From Yuukianura sp. NJ FZ-2021 (Eukaryota): a stretch of DNA of 64,000 nucleotides. The notes under the pieces were generated by a model that was given only the letters and a program-made list of their open reading frames with translations, did not search any database and was not told the DNA's origin. This document shows, piece by piece, positions 39,698 to 52,711 of this stretch; the first letter of the stretch is position 1; each line of letters starts with the position of its first letter. The position numbers were made by a program, and so were the translations under genes. The stretch lies in NCBI GenBank assembly GCA_046563655.1, contig CM102287.1, positions 7,564,001 to 7,628,000 of the forward strand, read 5' to 3'.

Positions 39698-39856
39698 ATG
39701 TTCCGAAATATTTTTGTCTACCTCTACGTTATGCTATTGGCCTTTGTCGTGGTGACCCAAGCGTTCAACCCTTACCGGAAATGCAGAAGCTGGTTGGACT
39801 GTGACGAGGGATGGGGGTGCAGCAACGGAAGATGCAGGGAAACTGACGAGGGCTGA
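39698..39856 (+). CDS. 52-aa secreted cysteine-rich peptide (signal peptide + 30-aa mature region with 4 Cys)
   Basis: Good start context AAAACATG, a hydrophobic signal MFRNIFVYLYVMLLAFVVVTQA, mature FNPYRKCRSWLDCDEGWGCSNGRCRETDEG, an upstream TATA/Inr and a GT-AG intron in the 3' UTR. Confidence 0.8.
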   Translation: MFRNIFVYLYVMLLAFVVVTQAFNPYRKCRSWLDCDEGWGCSNGRCRETDEG

Positions 39857-40742
39857 AAAATTCAGACGCTGCGTACACTTCAAAGTAGGTTTTCCAGGAA
39901 TTTGAAATTGAATTTGCTAAATTTTGATAGTCAGGTAAAACGTATGTAATTTCTAAAATGGTATTGTTTTTGAACAGCTTGGAACCAGTTTGCCAGTGAG
40001 ATGATACCAGTGACCAATGTTGTCTTCGACTATTTTATAAATTACGCATAGTTCCTATACTAATTATAAAAGTTAACTGAAATATAATAATACAAATAAT
40101 TATAATTAATTTATTTTCCAATACTACGGTGAGCAGCCAACACGTGGAGAGGCCACCGTACTACACCAATACCAGCAGAATCGAAGCACAATTCTGACTG
40201 CAGTACAACATAAATATATTTACGACTACATTAAATAAAGATTACAACTAATTAAGCTATTCCTTGTTAAATTACATTAGCTAGACGAGACATCGCGTTT
40301 ACAATAAAATAAAAGCCAATACTTGCTAAATTCCCCTCACACATTTCCTATTTCGTAAACTAACTAAAAATTAAAATCCAATATTTATAAATTAACATCA
40401 AATTGCAAAATAATCTCATAACTAGTGAATCAAACTCATCATTATTTAATTAATCTAATTCACATTAACCTTGACTGTTATGAATTAAAATTCGCCATTC
40501 TTATTGCTCATAAAACTTGCTATTGTTACAAGAATTTCTACTCAATAATCCAAGTACACTTCTCAATATTTGAAATTCTAGGCGCCAACTGGCGTGTCCA
40601 CTTTTAAAAATTTTTAGGATAATTTTTGAAAATAAAAAAAAGCTTCATCTCCCATCCCATTTTGTAATTCTTCATCGTTCTTCATCAAATTTTTCACTAA
40701 TTAATTTGTGATTCAGGTGTGAAGAAGTCATTTGATTACACA

Positions 40743-41780
40743 ATGAGTAGTCGATGTCGAGAAGAGCAAGAAACGGAAATTGAAGCAGTGGAATCTATAT
40801 ACGCTAATGAATTTACACGTAAGTTACAACTTTTATAACATAAAGTCACAAAACTTGAGTCATTTCTAACGATTACTGATTAATTAGACTGTTATTTTTT
40901 CTATTTGTAGTTGTTCAATCAGATCCCTACATATTCCGAGTATTCGTCAAGTCTGACCGGTACCAAAACGACGAGAACGGACTTTGTGCAACACTAAAGT
41001 TCACTCTACCGCCCGATTATCCAGATGAAGCCTTAGAAGTGGAAGTTCTTGTAGACGAAGAAGGCGAAGAAGACGAAGATAACGAAACGAATTTGGAACC
41101 GGAGCATGTCGAAGCCTTGACAAGCTTTCTAAAAGAAACTGTATGAGTATAAACCGGAAAACTAACTAAGCTCCTAAACTTACACTAACTGAAGTTTTTT
41201 TTTTGATAACAAGGTAAATCGAAATGTAGGAATGCAAGCAGTGTTTACAGTGGTATCGGAAAGTCAGGAGTGGCTTAGCCAGCGATATGACAATGAACTG
41301 AAAGCCAAGGAAGAAGAAGAGGAACGGCGAGTTCTCGAAGCGGAAGAAGCGGAACGAGTAAACCATTATTTTGTTATCACTCAACACATTTTCGGTTAGA
41401 AACTAAGTTCAACTTTTTAATTCTTAGAATCGGTTCGAGGGTACAAAGGTCACGGTACAGAATTTTATGGCATGGAAGATGAAGTTTGATGCTGAAATGG
41501 CTATTACACGTCAGGCGATACTGGAGAAGGAACGTGAACTAATCGGAAATAAGCTTACTGGTAAAGAGCTGTTTCTGAGAGACACGACGCTAAATGATTC
41601 GGATCTTAAATTCCTGGAAGAAGGTGCGATTGGATTTTTTAAAAATAATGTTTGTAAAACTAGTTTTGTGATTGTTATTACTAATGTGATGGAACAGGAG
41701 AAGTTGCAATTGATGAAGCTCTTTTTGCCGATGATGACCTTGACTTGGAAGACGACGATGAAGTAGAAATCGATGCTTGA
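40743..41780 (+). CDS. RWDD1: RWD domain-containing protein 1
   Basis: Exons 40743-40818, 40911-41140, 41214-41357, 41428-41623 and 41698-41780. Motifs EEQETEIEAVESIY, LPPDYPDE, FEGTKVTVQNFMAWKMKFDAEM, KLTGKELFLRD and VAIDEALF. Confidence 0.92.
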
Positions 41781-42264
41781 TGAGGAACTAGTTTACAGGG
41801 CTAAAAATTACGATTTTTCATGCAGTTTTTGAAAAGAATTAAATATGAAAATTGTTCGTCATTCATCTCCATGAACAATTCCTCAAACCGGATTTTCTGT
41901 GCTATAACAATATGATTACTATGCCCAGTTTGCCGGCTTGTGTCCTTAGTTTTTTGTCAGCAAACACTGTAGGGTTGTGCATGTTGGAATTTACAAGTAA
42001 ATTGCAAAGCAGGCCATCACTGTGAGAACAAGGTCTAACAGATTAGATTACATCAAATAGCTAACTAAAGTACCGCACTGTCACTTTCCCTATCCCAGTG
42101 CTTGTCATTGAGAAGTGGTTGCTATACATCGGTATTTTCGAAGCAGCGAGAACGCTGAAACTGAAAATTGAAAAATTAAGAAACAATTTACGGTAAGAAA
42201 CTCTATTTCAAAAATTGATTTCCTATTACATTGAAAACTAATTTTTCACTTTTATATTGTAGAG

Positions 42265-43287
42265 ATGGCGAATAGGTCTCCTCAAACGATGTTCACAGCG
42301 TTTGCAGCATCGGTGCTGTTCTATGCCTTCTTCCATGTACCCAGAGAGGAGCAGAACTTCAGAGGAATGGTCATCAAATGCTTGCCAATTGTCATCCTTC
42401 AGCTTTTAGTGGCTCGTCATGGACTTTCGCGCAAGTAAGTCTTAACTAATACTGTTCAATTAGAAGTTTTTTGATTGTTTTTTTTCCTCATTTTTTACGC
42501 TTATTTCATTTTTTCAAAATCTAGAGACTACTATGGACACAAAATCATGGCTGGAATCTACTTCTCATGTATTGGCGACGCTTTTCTGGATTTCCCTGGC
42601 TACTTTCTACATGGTGCCATGTCTTTCATGGTTGCTCATGTAAACCAACCTTGCTAAGTTCATGTACTTCAAACTGAGAGTTTCAGTAACCTTTGTTCTG
42701 TTCTAGATGTCATATATTTCTGCCTTCGGATTTAGTCCATTGAAATTGGGAACCGGAATTGCAGTGTTCGGAGTCCTAAGTTTACGTAAGTCCTACACGC
42801 ATGCTTACAAGTTACAACACTCAATTAACAAAAAGTTAAGCGTTAAAAAATGTGTTTGGACAATTTTTACAGCAAGCTTGTTAGTTCTGGAAGCTCTGAC
42901 GAAACTAGAAGGGATCGCCTCTATCGTCCTACCTATTTATGCACTTGTACTTAAAACGATGATTTGGAGAGCAGTTGTCAAATCCAGTACTTCAACAAAA
43001 ACTGACGTAAGTTTTCCGCTGGAAGTGGAAATCACGAGAAAAACGTTTTCAAAGTTTTAACTTTACATTTAACTTTGTTCCAATTTGAACAGCCTACGCT
43101 ATACACATGGGCGGCGGGACTCGGAGGCTTAATGTTCGGACTTTCGGATGCTTGTTTAGCCATTGACAAATTCTATCACCCATATCCACATTCCCAGAAG
43201 ATCATCATGGCCACTTACTACTTGGCTCAACTCTGTATAGCCCTGTCAGTTCTGGAGAAGGAACGTCCACTAACCAAAAAGAAATAG
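42265..43287 (+). CDS. TMEM86: Lysoplasmalogenase-like TMEM86 / YhhN family membrane protein
   Basis: Five coding exons with motifs IKCLPI, FSCIGDAFL, FMVAH, MIWRA, FGLSDACLAIDKF and IMATYYLAQLCIA. Confidence 0.9.
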
Positions 43288-43617
43288 TTGTACTCCTTTC
43301 ACTGTTAATCGAAAGTTCCTAATCTGAACTGAATTTAATTAAAAACCATTCAGATTGAGTAACAAGTTCCAAAGATTTTGTGATTTTCCCATTGCTCACA
43401 TATATTCTGGACTGTTTTATTGGAAACCCAGCTTCAACTGACTTGGATTCTTCGTCCTCAAATGATGTCCGTGATATTACAATTTTAGAGAAAGTGATAT
43501 CTTAGTAAAGACTAATTTTTACCTACCTTTGTATCAATTAATAACAATATTAATTAGGGGAGCTCTCTGTTGGAGGTACACGTAAACAATGGAATTTCTC
43601 CTCCCTGGAATGCTTTT

Positions 43618-46600
43618 TCACATGTTCTCAAATAGATCCACACGACGCTTTGTATTTCCCTTTCGGATCTCCCGAAGCGTCTTGTATTTGTCTCGTCCCT
43701 GTCGTACGTTCTCCTTGTGCATTTTATCAAGTGTTGTTTCTTTAGTTTCGTCGTATGTTTCAGCCAAATCTTGTTTCAGCATCTGAAAAAAAGTTCAATT
43801 TCAGAATTCAGTCACATTCTAGACAAATAAAGAATGAAACTTTCAAAAAACGTCACAAAAACGTTTTCCTTACCGCCAATTGATTTTGGAGTCGAGAATT
43901 CTTCTCTGCCTGTGTAACCCGTCCACCGTCAATCGGATCTTCCAAATCGTCCTCTCCAGGCACTAACTCCACGTCGTGTCCATTCGGAACTGATTCGTCA
44001 TCATCATCCGTTTCGGCAACATGGTGGTGGGCAGGAGTTGTAGTAGCGCTGAGCATCGCTGCAGCCACTTCCTCTTGACGACGACGAGCCTCTTCCACCT
44101 CCATTTGAAGTCGGCGCGTTTCTTCGTCCTTGGCTTGGACTTCCTCCTGGATACGCCTGACTTCCTCTTGCTTCAACCTGGAACAAAAGTAAACACATTA
44201 CACCAAATACTTCGCAGCATTTCACAAGTTATAAAAAGTGACAATTTACCTGATTTCGTCCTCCATTTTTTGTCTCTCCGCAAGCTCCAACTCTTTCGAT
44301 GCTTCCAGACGTTCCATCATGGCTTGAAGCTCGTTCTGTCGAGCCTCCAGCTCCTCCTTTGCCTCCTGAAGCTTACGCAGTTGTTCTTCCAAGCGTCGAA
44401 TTGTATCCTGAGCGTCAAGCAGTTCTTGTTGTCTTTGCTCCATCTCCTTCTGCATAGCGCGAAGACGATCTTCATATTCTTGTTGCTTTCTCTCTGCCAA
44501 CTCACGAGCAGCAATTTCTCGTTGTAATTTTTCGCTATTAGAAAACAAAAACAAGATCAAAATTATATCCTACTGTGACCAACAATAACTTCAAATGCTT
44601 ACCGCTCCTGCTGTTTGGCCGTCTTCTCTTCCTTCGCCTGAGCTTTCATTTGCTGAACCTCAATCGTATCAGGCTTCCTTCTCCGCATGTACAGTTCATG
44701 ATTCCCCATGCAAAGAGCCAAGATTCTCTTGTTGATTCGAAGACGTGGAGCAAAGAAAACAAAATCCGGAGCCTTCTTGTCAATTGGCTTGATAACAAAC
44801 TTCCGATCGTTGAATGAGATGTTTCGGATTTCGGACCACGGGAAGCCAATTTTGGGAGTGAGTCGATCATCTCTTTCATAAATATTCAGCCCCAGAGCAT
44901 CTACGCCCAACCAGAGCTCTGTTCCCTTCTTGTTCTTAATTTCAAAGTAGTTGACGCCGTACATCTCCAAGTCCTGTGCAATTTTCAGATACTCCATCAT
45001 TGCATCTTCACGAACCATTCCACGATGTTCCTTCCACCAAGTCAAAATTCGTTCTTCCCACTCCTCACGGGACATGTTATGTTGGTCCATAACTCTAAAA
45101 ATCAAAATTACTGAAACTTTAAAACCGATTTCATGAATTTGCACCTTCTATGTGAAAATGTTACCTCTGCGGAAGGATTCGGTCGTTGGCAAGGGTTGGA
45201 TGGTCAACAGAATAGTCAACATGTTTTGCTTGAGCGGCATAAGAAGCCAAAAGTACGGACGTCTCGGGCGGACAGTAAATCTCATCAGACAAGATCGCAT
45301 TCTTCACTTGTAAGTAAAAGAGTCTCTGAAAAGAAACAAAAAATGCACACATTTTTCAAATCTAACGAATCCTAGCAATTCACATGCATTCTGGGATGCT
45401 AAAAAGTGTCATACCGTTGTGATATCTTGAATTAGTTCTTCTGCGACATCTTCAGGATAGAACTTGGCACGGAAGCGGAACTGGAGCGGAGTCTCTTTCT
45501 TTATATCCTGACTCAAAACCTAATCAAACCAAGAAAAAATAACATAACATTAGTTCAAAACAGAACATTTGCCACATGGCGGACGTATAAAAACAGACTG
45601 AAAAATAAACTAAAAGCGAAATAAAGTCTCCAGCGCACACTTCAACCATACAAGCAAAAAGCGGTCAAGAGTCAAACGTATTTGACCACAGGCATGCATC
45701 ACTTACTTTTACTATTCAATGTTAACAAACATACAAGTATTGCGAGCGAGCAGGATATCGACAAGAAATCCGCTCAACACATTTCCGATGCACCGTCAGT
45801 CAATGCGTCAATTTGGTTGACCCCTTTCCAATTCACTCACTCCATTTTCATCTGCTTCCGTCTCTCGCGCTGAATTTCCAATTCCAGCAACCCGCAAAGC
45901 AGCAACAATAGACACCATCATAGTTAAGTTTTGTTATTTTTAAATTCGTAGCGTTAGCTTTTCCTTCAGCGATGTCAGCGATTATGCAATTCCGTCACCT
46001 CAACCTCCACATTCAGCCTTATTTTTATGAGTTTCATTGAGCAAAAGCCAATATTTACCTTCTTGTTTAGCTTGAGCCAAGTCGTATATCCTTTAGAATC
46101 GACATATTGGAGCCCAAAGAACCAAATCTCTCGAAGACCAATCGTCTTCACTACTTGATCGAACAGTTGTTTGCCCGTCGTGGACGGCTGGATTGCAAAC
46201 TCCAACTCTGCATCCATCGTCGTCACACGGACATTTACCTACAAAAAATCAAAATAAAACCATCAGCAATCATTATTACTTGTTTTGTAACTTCCGGATT
46301 TGTTTGATTTTGCACAACAATTCCATTCCGCAACAAGTCCAAACGCAAGAATTCCATCGCATCTTAGATGCGGCATCTAATGATACGATTACCAAAAATA
46401 GTCATAAATCCATCATAACTCGACACTCCTACTCATATCCATCCACGTCATTCCAAAAATACCACGAAAAACAGCTCACAGCTCACGAAAATCATCAAAT
46501 CCATTTTAAGCATTTTTATAATCACGAAAAAAATGAGATTTCGGATTTTCATTTTATGCGTGTACGCGAATGACGTTGACAAGTACAAATACACTGACTG

Positions 46601-48144
46601 ACCGACATCTAATCTGTTTTTCCACAAATTCAATAGTTTTTTTTTCAAAGCGTTTTCTGAAACCGACATGACTTTTGATCTGGACCACTAAGATAAAATT
46701 ATGAGCTGGGAGATGAATAATATGAAAGACTAGTCATAAAGTAGTCGATAAGGACAACAAACAGCTTCATCTGGTTAGCTTTAACTACATTTTACAACAT
46801 GTCATGTGCTCCTGTATTTAACTTTTAGTAATGCTAACATCAAACCAAATGAAGATGACAAAGTGAACTGCCTGAGCTATTCACCTGTTGCTTCGATATT
46901 CTTTGTGCAGGCGTTAACATTTTGTGTATAACGCTCTTCTCATTCGTCATTTCTGACAATGAAAAAGTCGTTAGAACTTAACCAACGACTAATTTCAAGC
47001 GTCATCATCACATCATCCCTATTAAAATTCATAGAAAACCAAAGTCAGGAATGAATAGCAGAGGAACTTAAGTACTTAAGTAAATCGAAACCTAAAGAAA
47101 AAGAATGAATTGAGTAACAGTTGCATCTCATCTTCTCCCTCAGCAGTCAGCATTTTTAGTAACTGCTGGCAGTAAGAAACAGAAACCAAAGGAGGCGGAT
47201 TCAATAGACAAGGAATAACAAAAAGTTATAACAAAGTAAAACCGTCATAAAATATGAAAAAGCGAGAATCAGAATAAATAAACTTTCTAGTTAATTCTGC
47301 TTCATCCTTCAAATCTTTTGATTTTTAGAAGTTTCCTGCTGGTGAATAGAAGTCAAATTAATCAATTTTTAAGAACCTTCCACGTCCTTCCTGCCTGTCT
47401 TGTCTGAATTATAAACTAAGTGAATACTCAACTGTATCCAGAAAAAAGAAGCCGCATGATATGTTTGTAAAAACCCCGAAATAGCAACAGTTTTATGTAC
47501 TCCATTTCCCGTGTGCCTGTGATATGGAGGATGTCATTCGTGTTTTTAGTTTTCTACTCAAAGTCTTGCGTCATCACTGAGAATTTCCGTTCGTTTGCCA
47601 TGTTATTACTCCACTCACATTCCACTTCCCACCCTACTTTACTTTTATAAAGTTTCTTCTTTTAGTTTAATTGAGAATTAGTACAAAGTTTTCATATGAA
47701 ATCAGTAAGTGAATTCAATAGAATCTAAAATCTAAATAACATGCGTGGGCATGGGTGTGTGACACATGGAGAATTCCGTAAACGTGGATTTTCTCTTGGC
47801 CTAATTTTTCTGACTTTCACAACTCCGGCCCCATGAAACGTCAAAAATCTAACAAGAGAATGAGAGCTAACTAACAAAACAACCGCCGGTAAATGCTCTA
47901 CTTTTTAACATGAATGAGTTGTCGACCACACCTTAAACCAATCACATCAATGTCAAATCCATAAATAGGATGATCTTTTAGAACAATGATGACACACAAA
48001 TCTTCATTAACTTCAACTAGAACTGTTTTAGCTAGTGAACATAATGGAATAAATCAAGAGCCCAATAAAATATGGATGACCTAATGTAGTGTTGCTAGTG
48101 TCTTAAAAAGTACCTACCGACTTTCCACTGGAGGAGGCCACCAT
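43618..48144 (-). CDS. Moe: Moesin / ERM protein
   Basis: First coding exon 48118-48144 (MVASSSGKS) splices to 46059-46238 ([17 protein letters not shown]). The FERM domain and coiled coil follow, ending in the actin-binding tail [26 protein letters not shown]. Confidence 0.96.
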
Positions 48145-50249
48145 TTTGCACAAGTACTTTAGGTTCGAGTAGAGACAGGTAACTGACAAAGTTAGAGTTA
48201 GGTGCGAATTAATTCAAAGTGGAAATCGTGCTTCTGTCTATGGCCAATCTCAACGAGGAACTAGATGGATTTACGTGAACAAGTACGACAGCATAGCTTT
48301 AGGTTAATTTCCATTTAAACTCCCAAAACGCCACCCCGTAGTACTAAAAGCAAGGTTGACTTAACTCATCTTCAATTATTAATTCTTTCCCAAGAGAGAA
48401 TACTCTCAAAAGAAGCGACGACTAACGAATGGCGCTAATAAGGTAAAAGGAGCTTCACTGTGATACATTTACCACTAAAGGAACAAAAACGTATAAGAAT
48501 TAGGTTAGGTTATGTAAAGCTCCGAATAGAAACGCTTGTCGCTAGTTTACCAAACTAATCCAGCTTCAGTGACAAGAAAATGATAAACGGCAACATAAAG
48601 TCGCTTAATCAATACGATTGAAACGAATCTTTAAAAACAAAATTGCAATCGACAGTGAGAGAGCGTCCCTGATGTGAACTGATGAGCCGGAAACAATTTA
48701 ACAATTATGATGTCGTCGGCATATAAATTGCACAACATTGTTCCTATTTTCTTGGTCTTACAACTGTCAAGTTAATCGCTTGTCTAAAAAGTAAGCTATT
48801 AATAAGCCGAGCCGGAGTTATCGTAAATGGATCCTCGTCATATAAGTGATTTGAATGACTCACCGATTTAGGGGCCATTGTGTTGTAGTTATGGGAAAGT
48901 ACTTGGGAGTTCCCGTCCAACAGATGTAGTCACACCGTCGTCCACTTAAGATACGTATAGGTTTTTAGTCGTAACCACTCTCTCAGTCAATTTTTACCTA
49001 GAATCAGAGAAAAAAAGGATTTGCAATTAAGTTCCACCGCTACGCTGCGACTGCTGAAAAATATTAAATGACAAGATGAGATGACCAAGACAAATGACAA
49101 ATTGTCAAATCCAAATACTAGCCTGTTAGACCAACCTGGGAAGGTTGGAGCCGGATCTACTTGATTTTTTTAAAACAATTTTAGGTCCAAACGTGGAAAC
49201 AAAACGTTTTCTCGATGATTTTTTCTTAATTATTTGCAATTTTTAAATTGACTCACCCTTTATTACTGCCGTCACCGTCCAACCCAGTTTCTGTCACAGT
49301 CCAAAATACTGTAATTTGTCAGAATTCGAGTTCCGCTGTTATCGGCGGCAATGCCAAATCCAAATGGATAAAGTTGCTAAAATAAATGCAAAAAATTAGG
49401 GATCTATCCGGAGTTGATCTTCCTCCTATCCACTACTACCTCTTCTAGTGCTATGTTAGTATGCTAGGCTACACTTTTACCACCTACCAGGTTGGTTTTA
49501 GCAAGGAAATTGCAAATTGAAACAAAAGAAACACCCACCCTCCAAGACCACTTACTACCACCGTGTCCCGTATCGTGTCCTCGTGTTGCACTCCGAGGCA
49601 GAAGAATACAAACAGATAAAAAGTAATACAGGCGAGATCCCTAAAGTACTAAATAGTTAACTCCGGTATCGGTTATGGACTAAACTACGAGTATCCGTAC
49701 CACCAAAAGACTGAAAAAACTTAAAACAAGAGACTATAGATTATAGAAACGGAACACACTCGCTCGCTGTGCATATAACTATATTTTTTTTTCATAAATG
49801 ACAGCTAATGCAGGACGCAACAGGTAGGTGTGCGCCTCAGTGAATCAGGCATTAAAATATGTAAGTATGAATTCAATTTTATAAATAACTTATAGAAAAT
49901 TATAGTTTAGCTCAACTTTATCGAAATTAATTAAGGTTGAAATCCAAAAACAACATAATATATGTATAAGTAGCGGAACTTGTTTGACGTAATTCAAGCT
50001 TTCATTCGCTGTTATGCGCCCGTGTCGCTACTCGCTACACGAAGCCGTCGTTGTAAATATTCATCATCACCATCAGCATCACTCATTGTCATCAGGCTTC
50101 AGTGCTTTCTGTAGCAAGTGTTAGATGGAATGATTAAACACTAAAATTATTGATAGATTAATTCTGACGCGAGGCTGAATGAAGCTTATCTTGAATGCTA
50201 TTGCAAGTGAACGTAACCACAACCGTAAGTTTTCGTTTGTTACACTTGG

Positions 50250-50338
50250 ATGGGTCGGTCCGCTTTATGTCAACCGCATTATTGCAGCGAGCATGAATGG
50301 GTCGGTCCGCTTTATGTCAACCTCATTATCGCAGCGAG
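50250..50338. repeat. Direct tandem duplication, period 47 nt
   Basis: ATGGGTCGGTCCGCTTTATGTCAACC(G/T)CATTAT(T/C)GCAGCGAG occurs at 50250 and 50297, with 2 mismatches over 42 nt. Confidence 0.9.
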
Positions 50339-51215
50339 AAAAGAACGCATTAATATAGCGGCGCAAAACTCATTGACATTGAATTCAAACGAGAAGATTG
50401 GGCGCCCGCGCCACACCCTTTTCAACCCTTTCATTTGCACTTGCCTCTTGATTTGATTTTGCTTCGTTCTTAAAGTTCTCGAGATGACATCAATTATATT
50501 GTAGTGTTGTGTCAGCCTTCAACACGATCCTAATTAACATAAATAATTTATTCAGATGTGACAGTATTTCTATTTATGGATGTTTTTGTTTGATGAGGAA
50601 TGCTATTGTTCCAAAAATAGTCGGGATTGTGGATTGTAAAAAGTATTTTTTGAATGTGCCAATGTGTGCCATTGTGCCAAATTGGAGTTTGGCACTCTCG
50701 GCGGGAACTGGCGCAAAAAACTTCAATTTTTTTTTTGCCTCGTCTTTTCATTTGTGTTGTTTGTTTTGTTGTGCTGCCTTGTCAGTCAAATGTGCTGAAG
50801 AAAGCACTTGTTGCTCACTGATGAATCGTTTTGAATTTGACATTGACCCTTGGTGACCTCGACAGCTAGATCGATTTCTCACCACTGACATCATCCCTAA
50901 TCGAGTCTATGCAAATAAACACACGAGGGTAGGAAGTACTACTACATGTTCAAATCCACGTGGTGTTGAGGTTGACTCATGAGTTTTAGGCAAAGAAACA
51001 CTGAAAACTTTCGTTTCATTTGGAACTTTATTTTTACTTTTCAGTGATCACATGAAGAAGATCGCCGATTATGTGTCTCTAAACAAAACAACAGACTAGT
51101 CTTTAGTGACGACTTCTTACTACTCATCGTAAGTTTTCTTCCGTCCGGTGATTGGTTACTTTAATTTTATTCGCTAGATATTTGCTTTATTGATTTTAGT
51201 AAAGGCAAATTGACA

Positions 51216-52528
51216 ATGACAGACTCCGAAGAATATCAAGCTTTGCAACCTCCTGCCACTATGGATTCTAATAATACAAATGGCGACGATAACGAAGCTT
51301 CTCACGAGTCTAAGGCTGAAGATTCAAATCCGATCTCCACTGATAGTAAGTAACCCAAAGCATTGCTGTTTTAAGTTTTAGTAGTATAGTAAATATTCGT
51401 TTTGTTTTGCAGCGGAAGCTCAAACTGCCACCTTCGTCGAAAAAACTGTTCGTCGCAAGAAGAAGCATCCGCCACCAATTACTCCGAAACTGTTGAAACG
51501 AAGTAAGGTTAAATACTACATTCCTCCAGAACTTGTCATATCAGACGATGATGATGACCAAGCCTCGGACGAGGCTGCCAAACTTCGATTACTGGATATT
51601 TTTCAAGGAAGAGGAAGAACCGGAATTGTAAGTCCGAACTTGCCATTCAGGGACTCGCTGGAATGGTACTTGTTTCTACTAGATTTATGACTAGTTGTGC
51701 ACTTCTGTGTAATGATTTCAGTTATCAAACACTGAGAATCCTGTTCCGTCCACTTCGGTTGCCCTGGCTCGAGAACAGCTTCGTATTAAACGTGCCGCCC
51801 GCAAGCAGAGTCTTCTAAAGAAGAAAGTGAACCCTAGGAAAAGTCAGAAGTCTATATTACGTTCCAGTCATCGCATCCAACCGTCCCGTGTCGCGAAAAG
51901 TTCCGAAGCCCCACCAGCCTTGTCCTTGAGAAAACGAAAGACTGAACCACTACCGTCGCAGCAGCGGAAGTCAAAGGTCGAACCAAAACAGGAAGAATTG
52001 CCTCCAAAAGTGAAGAAGCGACGAAAGCGTGAAACCAGTCCACCACTTCCAGCTCCATCCTTGGTCAACGAAAACTCGCAGTCACAGTCTACTGATCAGA
52101 TTGTCGTCAATAGTCTCACTATCTTTTCCGAACGGGTGCCAATAGTTCAAATAACCGACTGCCAACTTCAACCACCAGACCGTGATTCCACGGTGATCAA
52201 TCAGTCTTCCGAGTCCGAACCAGTCGAATCTAACAATACTAGTTCCGATACTAAGTCTAACGTTAGGGTTCGACGAGGTAGGAAGTCAATGTCACTGCGT
52301 GACGAATCTAAGCTCAAACTAGTACCAAAGTTAGAAAAAGCAATGAAGGACAGTAAACCCCGGCAGAGGAAGTTGAAATCCGAAGCGGAACAAGATTCAG
52401 TTGCTAACGAGGACAAGAACGGGCTAACGACGGATCTGGAAAGTGAGTTGAGGAGATCCGGAAGAAGACGAGCTCCACGAAAGTTTGACGATGGATGGGT
52501 GTACCTTGGATTGACCTCCATTCTCTAA
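51216..52528 (+). CDS. Uncharacterised basic, low-complexity (probably nuclear) protein
   Basis: Exons 51216-51345, 51413-51627 and 51722-52528 are in consistent phase. There are several NLS-like clusters (RRKKKH, KVKKRRKR). No family recognised. Confidence 0.65.
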
Positions 52529-52711
52529 ACTACTACTCTAGTTTAAACCAATTAATTCTACGTACATTCAACATAAGACTCGCACAAAGTCGTATTAACT
52601 GAAATTGTAATATTTTCATTATGTTGATGTAATTTATATTTATAATTCAGTATAATCTGATACATTTGTTACTGAATACATTCTTCCCTCTCGGGAATAA
52701 CAAATGTGACT

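Noticed and set aside
48679..48694. CTGATGAG-CC-GGAAAC resembling a hammerhead ribozyme core
   Set aside because: There is no room for stem II, and I found no stems I/III or cleavage triplet in register.
50250..50338. Direct repeats as a possible CRISPR array
   Set aside because: Only two adjacent units, no spacers, no cas genes, and a eukaryotic context.
50947..50957. GTTCAAATCC B-box suggesting a tRNA or SINE
   Set aside because: No A-box or cloverleaf could be built around it.
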